A stretch of DNA of 64,000 nucleotides from assembly GCA_963779175.1 (NCBI GenBank), contig CAVZXA010000007.1, positions 91,930-155,929 of the forward strand. The letters are read 5' to 3'. Below are positions 9,552 through 20,395 of the stretch, one piece after another. The first letter of the stretch is position 1, and every line of letters starts with the position of its first letter. The notes under the pieces were generated by a model. That model was not told where the DNA came from and made no database searches. It worked only from the letters and a program-made list of their open reading frames with translations. This DNA comes from an uncultured Acidobacteriota bacterium (GTDB taxonomy: Bacteria; Acidobacteriota; Vicinamibacteria; Vicinamibacterales; UBA2999). Position numbers and translations under genes: made by a program.

Positions 9552-11006
9552 CGGCCCGCCATTATTCCCCAACACCCGCGGCCAGCGTCAGCGTCGTCGA
9601 GATGTCGGCAAAGCGCGCCCACCGCACGGCGTTCGTCGCCGCTGCCGAGCGCTGCGGTCACCAGCCGGCGCCCCAGCGGGTAGGCGAGCAGGTGGGTGCG
9701 CTGCTTCTCGATGAACCCGACCATGCCGGCCGGATCGAGCACCAGCGCGTCGTCGCGCAGACGCGCCGTGGCCGCTTCGCTGCTGAGCGAGGTGTCGAGA
9801 TAGTCGGCGGCGATGTAGGCGACTTCGAGGTCGAGCGCGGCAGCCCGCCGCTCGACGCGCACGAGTTGCGCGGCCAGCGCCGGCGGTTGTCCCGCGGCCG
9901 GCAACAGCAGTTCGGCGAGGATGCGGATGCGCGTCTCCTCGGGCAGCAGCAGCGCGGCGCCGGCTTCCGCCGCGCCCTCGGCGCACAGCCGATGCGGACC
10001 GAAGGCTGGATGCAGGTGCCGTTCGCTCCAGCCGCGTCCCTCGGCGAGCGCGACGCGTGCCAGGACGTGCTGCGCGTGATGGCCCGGCGTGCCCTCGTGC
10101 GCGGCCAGTTGCAGCAGATGCGCGGCATCGGCGCCGCCGCCGCGCGCCACCCGCAGCTCGGAGCTGCGCGGGCCGGATGGCCGCGAGAACGCCGCCCATC
10201 CCGTGGTGTCTTCGGCGCGTGTGGTCAATGTCTCCCCGGCGGGCAGCGGCAGGTGCGCCGCGGCGGCGGTGCGGCACCAGTCCACGGCGGCGCGGAACAC
10301 CGCTTCGACGCGGTCGGGCGGCACGGCGGCGGATTTCCGGAACGCGGCGTGACGTTCGGCCAGCGAGCCGGCGCCGGGCACCAGCGCCGAGAGCTCGGCC
10401 CGCCGCGCCTCGAGGTCGGCGCCGTCGCGCGGCGGCGCCGCCGTGCCGAACGTGCGTCGCGCCTGATCGGCGAACGGGCGCGACACCCCGAGCAGCCGGC
10501 TCGCCGCGTCGTCGAGGGCGCGAATCTGTCCGGCGAGGTAGGTGACGCGGATGGCGTCGGCGACCGCGTCCATGGGCACCGGGCGGTTGGTGGCCCGGGC
10601 GTCGGCCCGCGCGCGCGCCAGCGCCGCCGACGCCAGCGGATCCGCCGCCGCGCGCTCGGCGTCGGCGAGCAGCGCCGTCAGCTCCGTCTGCAGCATCGGC
10701 CACCGGCACCCGCGGGCCGCGGGCGAGGTCGTCCGGCCCGGTCCACTGCTCGACCAGCGACGGCTGGTGTCTGGCCAACTGCAGGGTGAGACGGACGTAG
10801 CGCGCCGCGAGCGAGGCGGGCTCGACCGCCGGCGCGGTGGTGTCGCGCGACCCGAAACCGCAGCCGGAGACGACGGCGGCGGCGCCGCCCGCCAGCGCCG
10901 CCGCCGAGGCGCGCAGCATGTCGCGACGCGCGAGGCGGGTCGATTCGACGCTCACGCGAGGCCGGCGCAGGGAAACGTCGAGATTTGCGCGGCGCATCGA
11001 TGACAT
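9548..11006 (-). pseudogene. DUF885-like (HExxPGHH) secreted protein with one apparent frame break
   Basis: Tat/lipoprotein-like N-terminus ..RRDMLRASAAALAGGAAAVVSGC is in the ORF 9588..11036 frame. The body is in ORF 9548..10696 and contains HEGTPGHH. The break is near 10700-10712. The exact start is uncertain, and the stop overlaps the PAP2 start (ATGA). Confidence 0.55.
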
Positions 11007-11119
11007 CGCGAGACACGCATTTTCGCACGATCCCAATTGACTTCCGGCGCTGTGACGGTTTCAATGCGGCATCCCCGGCGTCGATCCACGGCGCCGGTTC
11101 GTTCTCGAGGAGAGCGCCG

Positions 11120-12812
11120 ATGCGCCGGCTGTCGTTCCTGTCCCTGTCGGTTCTCGCCCTCACCGCGGCCTGCTCGCAACCGGCCTCGCCGCCGGCCTCC
11201 GCGCCGGCCACGACCACCACCGCCACCGCGCCGAAGCTGGGCATCCGCCCCTACGGCGATGAAGAGATCAAGCCCGACATGACCCAGGTGCCGGCCGACC
11301 TGGCGAAGGTCTTCACGCACATCGACGAGAACATCGATCAGCACGTCGTCAACCTGCAGGAATGGATCCAGCAGCCGAGCATCTCGAACTCGGGGGAAGG
11401 CATTCCCGAGTCGGCCGAGATGGTGAAGGGCTTCTTCGACGAGCTGGGCTGCCAGCAGACGCAGGTCTTCGACGTCGGCATCACCGAATACGGCTCGCCC
11501 GGCAACCCGATCGTCTACGCCAAGTGCGACGAGGGCGCCGAGAAGACGCTGCTCATCTACTGGATGTACGACACGATGCCGGTGACGCAGCCCGACGCGT
11601 GGCAGTACCCGCCCTTCGAGGCGCGGCTGGTCGAGCAGGCGCCCTACAAGAAGGTGCTCATCGGCCGCGGCGCCACCAACTCCAAGGGCCCGCAGATGGT
11701 GCAGCTGAACGCCTTCCGCGCCATCAAGGCCGTGCATGGAAAGCTGCCGGTCAATCTGGTGTTCGTGGCCGAAGGCGACGAAGAGCGGATGGACATCGGC
11801 CTGCGCAAGTGGGTCAAGGATCACCCCGAGCTGCTCGAAGGCGTCGACGGCATGATCCGCTTCGGCAGCCAGGGCGCCAGCGGCGGCGGCGGCTTCGGCG
11901 GCGGCTCGGAAGGCTGCGTCTACGTCGAGCTGACCACCTCGGGCACGGCGTGGGGCCGCGGCCCGACCGTGTCGGACATCCACGGCAGCAACAAGCGCGG
12001 CACCGACAGCCCGGCCTGGCGCCACATCAAGATGCTGGCCTCGCTCGTGAGCTGACGACGGCAACACGCCGCTCATCGACGGCTTCTTCGAAGGCATCCA
12101 GCCGCTCACCCCGGAACAGGAAGCCAGCCTGCGGGCCGGCGCGAAGAGCGCGGACCTGAAGGTGGCGGCCGAGAACCTCGGCGTGGCGCGCTTCATGTTC
12201 GACGATCCCTACGAAGTGCTGAAGACGCAGCGCTACGGCACCTCGTTCAACCTCGATGGCATCTGGGGCGGCAACATGTATGCGGGCGGCGCCGGCGCCA
12301 TCCTGCCCAACAAGATCACCTCGAAGCACAACTTCCGCTACGTGCCCAACATGACCGGGCCCGACATCGTGAAGAAGCTGCGCGCGCAGCTCGACAAGAA
12401 CGGCTACAAGGACGTCGAGGTGAAGCTGATCGGCGACGTGCCGTGGGCGCTCATGAACTCCGACAACGACGCCGGCCGCGCCATGGCGCGCGCCTACGAC
12501 ATCATGGGGATTCCGCACGGCGCGCTGCGCGCCGACTGGGGCATCGGCGGCGGCGCCGGCGCCGGCGGCTACTGGCCGGCCTATCTGTTCGGCAACGGCG
12601 AGGTGGGTGAGCGGGTGTCGCCCTTCAAGGGCGTGCCGATCGTCGGCGGCGGCGGCGGCCACGGCGGCCGCGCGCACGCGGCCAACGAATATTGGGTCAT
12701 CGAAGGCGCCGGCAAGGTGCTGGGCATGGCGGGGGCGGAGAAGTCGATCGCCGCGGCGGTTTACGCCTACGCGGGCAAGATCCCGCCGGCGCCCGCGAAG
12801 TCTACGAACTAG
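11120..12812 (+). pseudogene. M20-family peptidase, tandem copy 1, one-base insertion
   Basis: Lipoprotein-like start MRRLSFLSLSVLALTAAC. It is collinear with copy 2. CTCGTGAGCTGACGAC here versus CTCGTGAGCGACGAC in copy 2 shows an extra T at 12053, creating a TGA. The downstream part continues in ORF 12162..12812. Confidence 0.85.
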
Positions 12813-12848
12813 CGGCTAGGGACTAGCGGCTGGCGGCTGGCGGCTAAG
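12810..12848. repeat. Heptamer array TAGCGGCTAGGGACTAGCGGCTGGCGGCTGGCGGCTAAG overlapping the stop codon
   Basis: TAG occurs at offsets 0, 7 and 14 from the gene stop, giving stops in all three frames. CTAG is palindromic, so the same holds for the reverse strand. Confidence 0.8.
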
Positions 12849-12867
12849 TGATGGATTGGAGGATGTG

Positions 12868-14565
12868 ATGCGTCGGGTGTCTTTGTCGTTCACGTGTGCG
12901 GTCGCGCTGTTCGCGGCTGCGTGTCAGCAGCCCGCCGCTCCGGCCACGGAGGGTGCTGCGCAGGCGCCGGCCGCGGCTGCGCCGAAGCTCGGCATCCGCC
13001 CGTCGGGGGATGAAGAGATCAAGCCCGACATGAGCCAGGTGCCGCCCGAGCTCGCCAAGGTCTACGACCACATCGACGAGAACATCGATCAGCACGTCGT
13101 GAACCTGCAGAAGTGGATTCAGCAGCCGCGCATCTCGAACTCGGGGGAAGGCATTCCCGAGTCGGCCGAGATGGTGAAGGGCTTCTTCGACGAGCTGGGC
13201 TGCCAGCAGACCCAGGTCTACGATCCGGGCGTCACCGAATACGGCTCACCCAGCAACCCGGTGGTCTACGCGAAGTGCGACGAAGGCGCCGAGAAGACGG
13301 TGCTCATCTACTGGATGTACGACACGATGCCGGTGACGCAGCCCGATGCGTGGCAGTACCCGCCGTTCGAAGCGCGACTGGTCGAGCAGGCGCCCTACAA
13401 GAAGGTGCTCATCGGCCGCGGCGCCACCAACTCCAAGGGCCCGCAGATGTCGCAGCTGAACGCCTTCCGCGCCATCAAGGCCGTGCATGGCAAGCTGCCG
13501 GTGAACCTGATCATCGTCGCCGAGGGTGACGAGGAGCGGATGGACATCGGCCTGCGCAAGTGGGTCAAGGATCACCCGGAGCTGCTCGAAGGCGCCGACG
13601 CGATGATGACCTTCGGCGGCCAGTCGCCCAGCGGCGGCGGTGGCTACGGCGGCGGCTCGGAAGGCTGCGTCTACGTCGAGCTGACCACCTCGGGCACGGC
13701 GTGGGGCCGCGGCCCGACCGTGTCGGACATCCACGGCAGCAACAAGCGCGGCACCGACAGCCCGGCCTGGCGCCACATCAAGATGCTGGCCTCGCTCGTG
13801 AGCGACGACGGCAACACGCCGAAGATCGACGGCTTCTACGACGGCATCCGGCCGCTGACCGCCGAGCAGGAAGAGAGCCTGCGCGCCGGCGCCAAGGGCA
13901 TGGACCTGAAGGTGGCGGCCGAGAACCTCGGCGTCGCGCGCTTCATGTACGACGATCCCTATCAGGTCATCAAGACCCAGCGCTACGGCCAGTCGTTCAA
14001 CCTCGACGGCATCTGGGGCGGCAACATGTATGCGGGCGGCGCCGGCGCCATCCTGCCCAACAAGATCACCTCGAAGCACAACTTCCGCTACGTGCCCGGC
14101 CAGACCGGTCCGGACATCGTCGCCAAGCTCAAGAAGCAGCTCGTCAAGAACGGCTATCCCGACGTCGACGTGAAGGTCATCGGCGACGTGCCGTGGGCGC
14201 TCATGAATTCCGACAACGAGATCGGCCGGGCGATGCAGCGCACCTACCAGATCATGGGCATCCCGCACGCGCCGGTGCGGGCCGACTGGGGCATCGGCGG
14301 CGGCGGCGCGGCGGCGGGCGGCTACTGGCCCGCCTACATGTTCGGCAACGGCGAAGTGGGCGAGAAGATCTCCCCCTTCAAGGGCGTGCCGATCGTGATG
14401 GGCGGCGCCGGCCTCGGCGGCCGCGCGCACGCGGCCAACGAGTACTACGTGATTGAAGGCGCCGGGAAGGTCTACGGCATGGCGGGCGCCGAGAAGGCCG
14501 TGGCCACCACGATGTACGCCTTCGCCGGCAAGGTCCCGGCGGCGCCGGCCAAGTCCACGAACTAG
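12868..14565 (+). CDS. M20-family peptidase (dipeptidase-like), tandem copy 2, intact
   Basis: ATG at 12868 lies 5 nt after GGAGG (the track starts at TTG 12856). Lipoprotein-like MRRVSLSFTCAVALFAAAC. It is highly similar to copy 1 along its whole length. Confidence 0.9.
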   Translation: MRRVSLSFTCAVALFAAACQQPAAPATEGAAQAPAAAAPKLGIRPSGDEEIKPDMSQVPPELAKVYDHIDENIDQHVVNLQKWIQQPRISNSGEGIPESAEMVKGFFDELGCQQTQVYDPGVTEYGSPSNPVVYAKCDEGAEKTVLIYWMYDTMPVTQPDAWQYPPFEARLVEQAPYKKVLIGRGATNSKGPQMSQLNAFRAIKAVHGKLPVNLIIVAEGDEERMDIGLRKWVKDHPELLEGADAMMTFGGQSPSGGGGYGGGSEGCVYVELTTSGTAWGRGPTVSDIHGSNKRGTDSPAWRHIKMLASLVSDDGNTPKIDGFYDGIRPLTAEQEESLRAGAKGMDLKVAAENLGVARFMYDDPYQVIKTQRYGQSFNLDGIWGGNMYAGGAGAILPNKITSKHNFRYVPGQTGPDIVAKLKKQLVKNGYPDVDVKVIGDVPWALMNSDNEIGRAMQRTYQIMGIPHAPVRADWGIGGGGAAAGGYWPAYMFGNGEVGEKISPFKGVPIVMGGAGLGGRAHAANEYYVIEGAGKVYGMAGAEKAVATTMYAFAGKVPAAPAKSTN

Positions 14566-14587
14566 CGGCTAGCGGCTAGCGGCTAAG
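14563..14587. repeat. Heptamer array TAGCGGCTAGCGGCTAGCGGCTAAG overlapping the stop codon
   Basis: Three perfect CTAGCGG units plus CTAAG. Stops fall at offsets 0, 7, 14 and 21. Confidence 0.85.
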
Positions 14588-14595
14588 GGGATTAG

Positions 14596-15318
14596 ATGAT
14601 CGGGGTTCGCAGTCTCGAAAAGGAGTACCACGTGGGCGATCACGTGGTGCGGGCCCTGCGGGGCGTGACGCTCGACATCGCCGGCGGTGAGTTCGTCACG
14701 GTGGTCGGACCATCGGGCTCGGGCAAGTCGACGTTCATGCACATCCTGGGATGTCTCGACCGGCCGACGCGGGGACAGTACCTGCTGGGCGGCCGGGACG
14801 TCTCGACGCTGCCGCACGACGAGCTGGCGCGCGTGCGCAACGAGACCATCGGGTTCGTCTTCCAGGGCTTCAACCTGCTGTCGCGGACCTCGGCGCTCGA
14901 GAACGTCGAGCTGCCGCTGCTCTATACGCGGCAGGGCGCGGTGAAGGCGGCCGAACGGCGCGAGCGGGCGCGCCGGGCGCTGGCCGCGGTGGGTCTCACC
15001 GACCGCGAAGAGCACCATCCCAACCAGCTCTCCGGCGGCCAGCAGCAGCGCGTCGCGATCGCGCGCGCGCTCGTGAACGAGCCGTCGCTGCTGCTGGCGG
15101 ATGAGCCGACCGGCAACCTCGACACCGCGACCAGTCACGAGGTGATGGAGGTGTTCGCGAAGCTGCGCGCCGAGCGCGGCATCACCATCGTCGTCATCAC
15201 CCACGAGCGCGACATCGCGGCCTGGGGCACCCGCACCATCGACTTCAAGGACGGCGTCGTGGTGAGCGACCAGCAGCATCAGCCCACCATGGGCGCCCAC
15301 GCGCCCGTCAGCGCGTAA
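14596..15318 (+). CDS. ABC transporter ATP-binding protein (MacB/LolD-type)
   Basis: Walker [10 protein letters not shown], signature LSGGQQQR, Walker B LLLADEPT. Confidence 0.9.
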   Translation: MIGVRSLEKEYHVGDHVVRALRGVTLDIAGGEFVTVVGPSGSGKSTFMHILGCLDRPTRGQYLLGGRDVSTLPHDELARVRNETIGFVFQGFNLLSRTSALENVELPLLYTRQGAVKAAERRERARRALAAVGLTDREEHHPNQLSGGQQQRVAIARALVNEPSLLLADEPTGNLDTATSHEVMEVFAKLRAERGITIVVITHERDIAAWGTRTIDFKDGVVVSDQQHQPTMGAHAPVSA

Positions 15319-15348
15319 CCGGCTTCGCCCGCTTCAGGAGTTCCCACC

Positions 15349-16890
15349 GTGGCGTCACCGATTCAGCGTCTCCGCAACCTGCACCCGTCGATCGACATCG
15401 GGTTCAAGGCCCTGACGCGCAACCGCCTCCAGACCGGCCTGACGATGCTCGGCATCACGGTGGGCGTGGCGACGGTGCTGGCGATGATGGCCGTCGGCGC
15501 CGGCGCGCAGCGCTCGATCGAGCAGCAGGTGCGGGCGGCCGGCCTGAACCAGCTCACGATCAAAGCCGGCAACTGGAAGCCGAAGACGGAAGACTCGGGC
15601 GGCGCCGTGGCCCACCAGGGCGACGGCGAAGACACCATGCGGCTGCCGGTCGAAGAGCTGATGCCGGTGCTGCCCGACGCCGGCGATCCGTTTGCCGGCG
15701 CGGCCGACGTGCTGCCGATCGACTTCCATCCGGAAGACGATCCGATGGAGAAGCACGATCACCCGCTGGCCTGGCAGCGTCTCGGCGATCTCGAAGCCGG
15801 GCTTGGCGCCTCGACGACGCTGTCGTTCGCCGACGCCGAAGCCATCCGTGCGCTGCCCGGCGTGCAATATGTGGCCGGCGGCGTGCACGGCAACGCCCGT
15901 GTGCATTTCGGGGAGAAGCGCTGGTTCACCCGCATGCACGGCACCGACCTGCACCTGCTCGACATCAAGCGCACGTGGACCCTGCGCAGCGGGCGCTTCT
16001 TCACCGAAGAGGAACAAGACGACAAGGCGATGGTGCTGGTGCTCGGCTCGGTGGTGGCCGAGAAGGTCTTCGGCGAAAAAGTCGACCCGGTCGGCAAAGA
16101 CCTCACGCTGTGGAACCAGAACTTCCGGATCGTCGGCGTGGTGACCAGCGCCAGCTGGGTGGTGCGGCCGGCGGCCGGCGACGACGAGTTCGACGCCGTC
16201 TACATGCCGTACACGACCACCCACCAGCTGCTGAACCTGACCAAGCTGAACGACATCACCGTCACGGCGGCCTCCACCGGCGATGTGTCGGCGGTGAGCA
16301 AGCGCATCACCGAGCTGCTGCGCCAGCGCCACGGCATCACCAACGAGAAGCCCGACGACTTCACCATCTCGACGCAGGCGACGCGCGCCATCACGACCGG
16401 CGGCCTGCCGCCGAACGTCGCCGCCGCCATCGCCGGCAACGTCAAGGAACTGGAGCGGGTGACGCTCGAGCAGCTCGCCGGCACGCTCGAACGCGCCAGC
16501 GGCACCATGCGCTGGCTGCTGGCCGCGGTGGCGGCGGTGTCGCTGCTGGTGGGCGGCATCGGCATCATGAACATCACGCTGCTGTCGGTGACCGAACGCA
16601 CCAAGGAGATCGGCCTCCGGATGGCGGTGGGCGCGCGCGGCAAAGACGTCACGCGCCAGTTCCTCACCGAGGCGGTGGCCATCAGCCTCGCCGGCGGCGC
16701 CGTAGGCGTCGTGCTGGGGCTGGCGGCGTCGTATTTCATCTCGACCACGCTGCGCTGGGCGACGGTGGTGTCGCCCGCCTCGGTGCTCATCGCCTTCGGC
16801 GTCTCGGCCGCTGTGGGCGTGCTCTTCGGCTGGTATCCGGCGCGCCGCGCCGCTGAACTCGATCCCATCGACGCCCTGCGTCACGAATAG
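15349..16890 (+). CDS. ABC transporter permease (MacB periplasmic domain + FtsX)
   Basis: 513-aa ORF. It has an N-terminal TM, a large periplasmic domain and a C-terminal FtsX-like 3-TM region (..[28 protein letters not shown]..). Confidence 0.85.
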   Translation: MASPIQRLRNLHPSIDIGFKALTRNRLQTGLTMLGITVGVATVLAMMAVGAGAQRSIEQQVRAAGLNQLTIKAGNWKPKTEDSGGAVAHQGDGEDTMRLPVEELMPVLPDAGDPFAGAADVLPIDFHPEDDPMEKHDHPLAWQRLGDLEAGLGASTTLSFADAEAIRALPGVQYVAGGVHGNARVHFGEKRWFTRMHGTDLHLLDIKRTWTLRSGRFFTEEEQDDKAMVLVLGSVVAEKVFGEKVDPVGKDLTLWNQNFRIVGVVTSASWVVRPAAGDDEFDAVYMPYTTTHQLLNLTKLNDITVTAASTGDVSAVSKRITELLRQRHGITNEKPDDFTISTQATRAITTGGLPPNVAAAIAGNVKELERVTLEQLAGTLERASGTMRWLLAAVAAVSLLVGGIGIMNITLLSVTERTKEIGLRMAVGARGKDVTRQFLTEAVAISLAGGAVGVVLGLAASYFISTTLRWATVVSPASVLIAFGVSAAVGVLFGWYPARRAAELDPIDALRHE

Positions 16891-16902
16891 ACGGAACCCT
16901 AC

Positions 16903-18286
16903 GTGCTGCGACTTCTCGCCGTCAGCGGACAGATCGCCTGGAAGGCGCTCGGCCGCAACCGCCTCCGCTCGGGCCTCACCACGCTCGGCGTCGTCATCGG
17001 CGTGGCCGCCGTCATCGCCATGGTGGCGCTCGGCAACGGCGCCCGCGCCTCGGTCGAGCGCACGCTGAAGACCGCCGGCACCAGCATCGTGCAGGTGAGC
17101 GCCGGCAACTTCACCAAGGGCGGCGAGAGCATGAACATCGCCTCCGGGCCTGGGCTCGGCCACGACGCTCACCCGCGCCGATGCGGCCGAGATGCGCCGC
17201 CTCGACAACGTCGTGCACGTGGCCGCCGGGCTGCGCTCGCGCACCTTCATCGTGGCCTCGCCGGAGGCGCGGTTCTTCACGCTCGTCCACGGCACCGAAG
17301 AATCGCTCGGCGACATCCACGGCTGGACCTGGCTCGAGGGCGAGGGCTTCACGGCGGAGGACGTCGAGGCCGGCGCGGCCAAGGTGGTGCTGGGACGTAT
17401 CGCCAGCGCGCGGCTCTTCGGCGACGGCGTCGATCCGACCGGGAAGGTCGTGAAGATCCACGATCGCGACTTCGAGGTCGTGGGCATGATGCGGGCGGTG
17501 GACGCCGATCAGGACGAAGCGGCGTTCGTGCCGGTCACGACCCTGGGCGCCCTCACCGATCGCACGACGTGGCTGCAGACGATCACGGTCGGCGTGACCG
17601 AAGCCGGCGTGGCCACCTCGGTGGGCGATGCGATCACGGCGCTGCTGCGCGAGCGCCATGCGTCGCACATCAAGGCCGCCGTGGCGCGCGCCTCCGGGTC
17701 GCTCGGCGGCCTGCAGGCGCCCGGCAGCGGCAACGGCCGCATGGGGCCGGCCGACGACTTCGTGGTGAAGACGCTCGCCGGCGCGCAGGTGACCAAGGGC
17801 CTCTACACCGAGGTGGCGGCGTTCGCGCTCGCCAACATGCCGAAGCTCGACTCGGCGACGATGGAAGAGATGTCGGGCACGCTCAACCGCGCCGGTACGA
17901 CCATGACGGCGCTGCTGGCCAGCATCGCCGGCATCTCGCTGGTCGTCGGCGGCATCGGCATCATGAACATCATGCTGGTGTCGGTGACCGAGCGCACCAA
18001 GGAGATCGGGCTGCGCCTGGCGATGGGGGCGCGCCGCAAGGACGTGCTGGTGCAGTTCCTGGTCGAGGCGGTGGTGCTGAGCCTGATTGGCGGCATCGTT
18101 GGCATCGCCGCCGGCATCGGCGCCGCGCGCGGGCTCACGGCGCTGATGTCGTGGCCCACCTACGTGTCGCCGCAGGCAATCGCGCTGGCGTTTGCGATTT
18201 CGGCCGTCATCGGCATCGCGTTCGGCTACTACCCGGCGCGCCGGGCCTCGAAGCTCGATCCGATCGTCGCGCTGCGACGCGACTGA
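16903..18286 (+). pseudogene. Second MacB/FtsX-type ABC permease with one apparent frame break
   Basis: The N-terminus is in ORF 16903.. (MLRLLAVSGQIAWKALGRNRLRSGLTTLGVVIGVAAV). The rest is in ORF 17192..18286 (..[28 protein letters not shown]..). The break is near 17143-17156 in CTCCGGGCCTGGG. Confidence 0.8.
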
Positions 18287-18346
18287 GTTCGCTCGCCACG
18301 GCGCACGCCGTCGCGTCTGCGCTGACGCGGCTACACTGGCGAGCGC

Positions 18347-18896
18347 ATGACCGACGCGATGCCGCCCGATCTGTCCACGGTCCGCCTGACGCTGGTCCCG
18401 TTCACCAACGCCGACCTCGACGCGGTCCACGCGCTGTGGACCGACGCCGACATGCGCCGGTATCTGTGCGACGACAAGATCGTGCCGATCGAGCAAGTCG
18501 CGCGAGTGGCTCGAGGGCAGCACCCGCGAGTTCGCCGCGCGGCGCTTCGGGCTCTGGGGCGTGCACGACCGCACCGACGGCACCCGCATCGGCTTCTGCG
18601 GCTGTCGCGAGTGGCCCACCGGCGAGCCCGAGCTGATGTACGGCCTGCTGAGGCCGTGGTGGGGCCGGGGGCTGGCAACTGAGGCGGCGACCGCCGTTCT
18701 CGACTACGTGTTCGAGACGCTCGGGCATCCCGTCGTGATGGCCGCCACCGACCCGCCCAACGTGGCCTCCATCCGCGTGATGGAGCGTCTCGGCATGGCC
18801 TTTCACGAACGGTGCGAGATGCACGGACTCGACACGGTCGTCTACCGGCTGTCGCGCGAACGCTGGCGGCGCGGGCGCGCCGGCGCCGCCGACTGA
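18347..18896 (+). pseudogene. GNAT N-acetyltransferase (RimJ/RimL-like) with one apparent frame break
   Basis: The N-terminal part is in ORF 18347.. (..LTLVPFTNADLDAVHALWTD). The C-terminal part is in ORF 18561..18896 (..WWGRGLATEAATAVLDYVFE..). The break is near 18495-18506. Confidence 0.7.
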
Positions 18897-18902
18897 GGCA
18901 TC

Positions 18903-19421
18903 ATGGAGCCCGTGCAGGAGGGTCACTCGCTCCCGGCGCTGGCGTTCCGACGGGCCGCGCCCACCGACGCCGACGCGTTGTGGACGATCCTCCACGCCGT
19001 GCTGGCCGCGGGCGACACTTACACCTGGGCGCCCGAGACGTCGCGCGAGGACGCCCTGGCGCTCTGGCATCCGCCGGGCGGGCACACGGTCGTGGCCCAC
19101 CGCGACGGCCGGCTCGCCGGCACGTATCTGCTGAAGGCCAACCAGCCCGGCCTCGGCAGCCACGTGGCCAACTGCGGCTACATGGTGGCGCCCGACGCGC
19201 GCGGCGGTGGGGTGGGCGAGGCGCTCTGCCGTCATTCGCTCGACCTCGCCCGCTCGCTCGGCTTCCGCGCCATGCAGTTCAACGCGGTCGTCAGCACCAA
19301 CCTCGGCGCCGTGCGGCTCTGGGAGCGCTGCGGGTTCGCCATCGTCGGCACCGTGCCCGGCGCCTTCCGTCACCCGCGGCATGGCGAGGTCGCCATCCAC
19401 GTCATGCACCGGTTCCTGTGA
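18903..19421 (+). CDS. GNAT-family N-acetyltransferase
   Basis: 172-aa ORF with acetyl-CoA motif ARGGGVGEALCRHSLDLARSLGF. Confidence 0.85.
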   Translation: MEPVQEGHSLPALAFRRAAPTDADALWTILHAVLAAGDTYTWAPETSREDALALWHPPGGHTVVAHRDGRLAGTYLLKANQPGLGSHVANCGYMVAPDARGGGVGEALCRHSLDLARSLGFRAMQFNAVVSTNLGAVRLWERCGFAIVGTVPGAFRHPRHGEVAIHVMHRFL

Positions 19422-20387
19422 CGGCGGCGTCGAACGGGCAGGTGTCGGGCTCCGTCCAACCGCTCGTGACGTCCGAGCCGGTCATCCGCGTGCAGGCCCT
19501 GCGCAAGTCGTACGGCCGCACGCTGGCCGTGGACGGGGTGAGCTTCGAGGTCGCCCGCGGCGAGATCTTCGGCCTCATCGGGCCCAACGGCGCCGGCAAG
19601 ACCACCACCATGGAATGTGTGGAGGGCCTGCGCGCGCCCGACAGCGGCTCGATTGCCGTGCTCGGCCTCGATCCGGTGCGCGACGTGCGGGCGCTGCAGG
19701 AACGCATCGGCGTGCAGCTCCAGGAGGCGCAGCTCCAGAAGCGCATCACGGTGCGCGAAGCCGTGGGACTGTGGGCGGCGCTCTACCAGAGCGCCGGTGG
19801 ACGGCGACCGCCTGCTCGACCAGCTCGGGCTGCGCGAGAAGCAGCATGCGTGGTTCATGACGCTCTCGGGCGGCCAGAAGCAGCGCCTGCTGATCGCGCT
19901 GGCCCTCATCAACGATCCCGAAGTGGTGTTCCTCGACGAACTCACCACCGGCCTCGACCCGCAGGCCCGGCGCGCCATCTGGGATCTCGTGCGTGGCATC
20001 CGCGCCCGCGGCAAGACGGTCTTCCTCACGACCCACCTGATGGAGGAAGCCGAGCGGCTGTGCGACCGGGTCGCGATCATCGACCGCGGGCGGCTCGTCG
20101 ATCTCGGCACGCCGGCCGACCTGGTACGGCGTCATTGCCCGGCAGCCACGGTCGTGGCCGTCACCGACGATCCGGCAGCGCCGGCGGCCTTCGCCGCCAT
20201 CCCGGGCGTGACGTCGGTCACGCAGGATGGCGCCACCTTCACGATTCGCGGTCGCGCCGCCGATCTGGTCACCGAGGTGATCCGGTGCCTGGCGTCGCGC
20301 CAGATCCACGTGCACGACTTCCGCACCGAACTGCCGACGCTCGAAGACGTGTTTCTCGAAACGACGGGCCGCGCCATGCGCGACTGA
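19418..20387 (+). pseudogene. ABC transporter ATP-binding protein (ABC-2 / DrrA-like) with one apparent frame break
   Basis: GTG 19418 overlaps the GNAT stop (GTGA). Walker A GPNGAGKTT is in the frame of ORF 18812... Signature LSGGQKQR and Walker B VVFLDELT are in ORF 19617..20387. The break is near 19791-19796. Confidence 0.8.
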
Positions 20388-20395
20388 GGCGAGTG

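Noticed and set aside
7086-9575. 829-aa ORF that could be read as one large protein
   Set aside because: It is a chimera. The PAP2 N-terminus, out-of-frame read-through, the amidohydrolase body and an out-of-frame tail are joined only because stop codons are rare in this GC-rich DNA. Motifs and ATGA overlaps define two separate genes.
12810-14587. Heptamer and 15-mer repeat arrays as possible CRISPR arrays
   Set aside because: The units are only 7-15 bp, directly tandem without spacers. No cas genes or leader are present.
15355-17487. 710-aa antisense ORF opposite the MacB-type permeases
   Set aside because: It has low-complexity R/A/G/H/D composition and no motifs. It fully overlaps two well-supported + strand genes, which is a typical GC-rich antisense artefact. 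The same reasoning applies to 2624..4171, 4093..5406, 6419..7654, 7575..9167, 10952..12196, 13246..14430, 23639..25009, 24982..26196 and 27518..29179.
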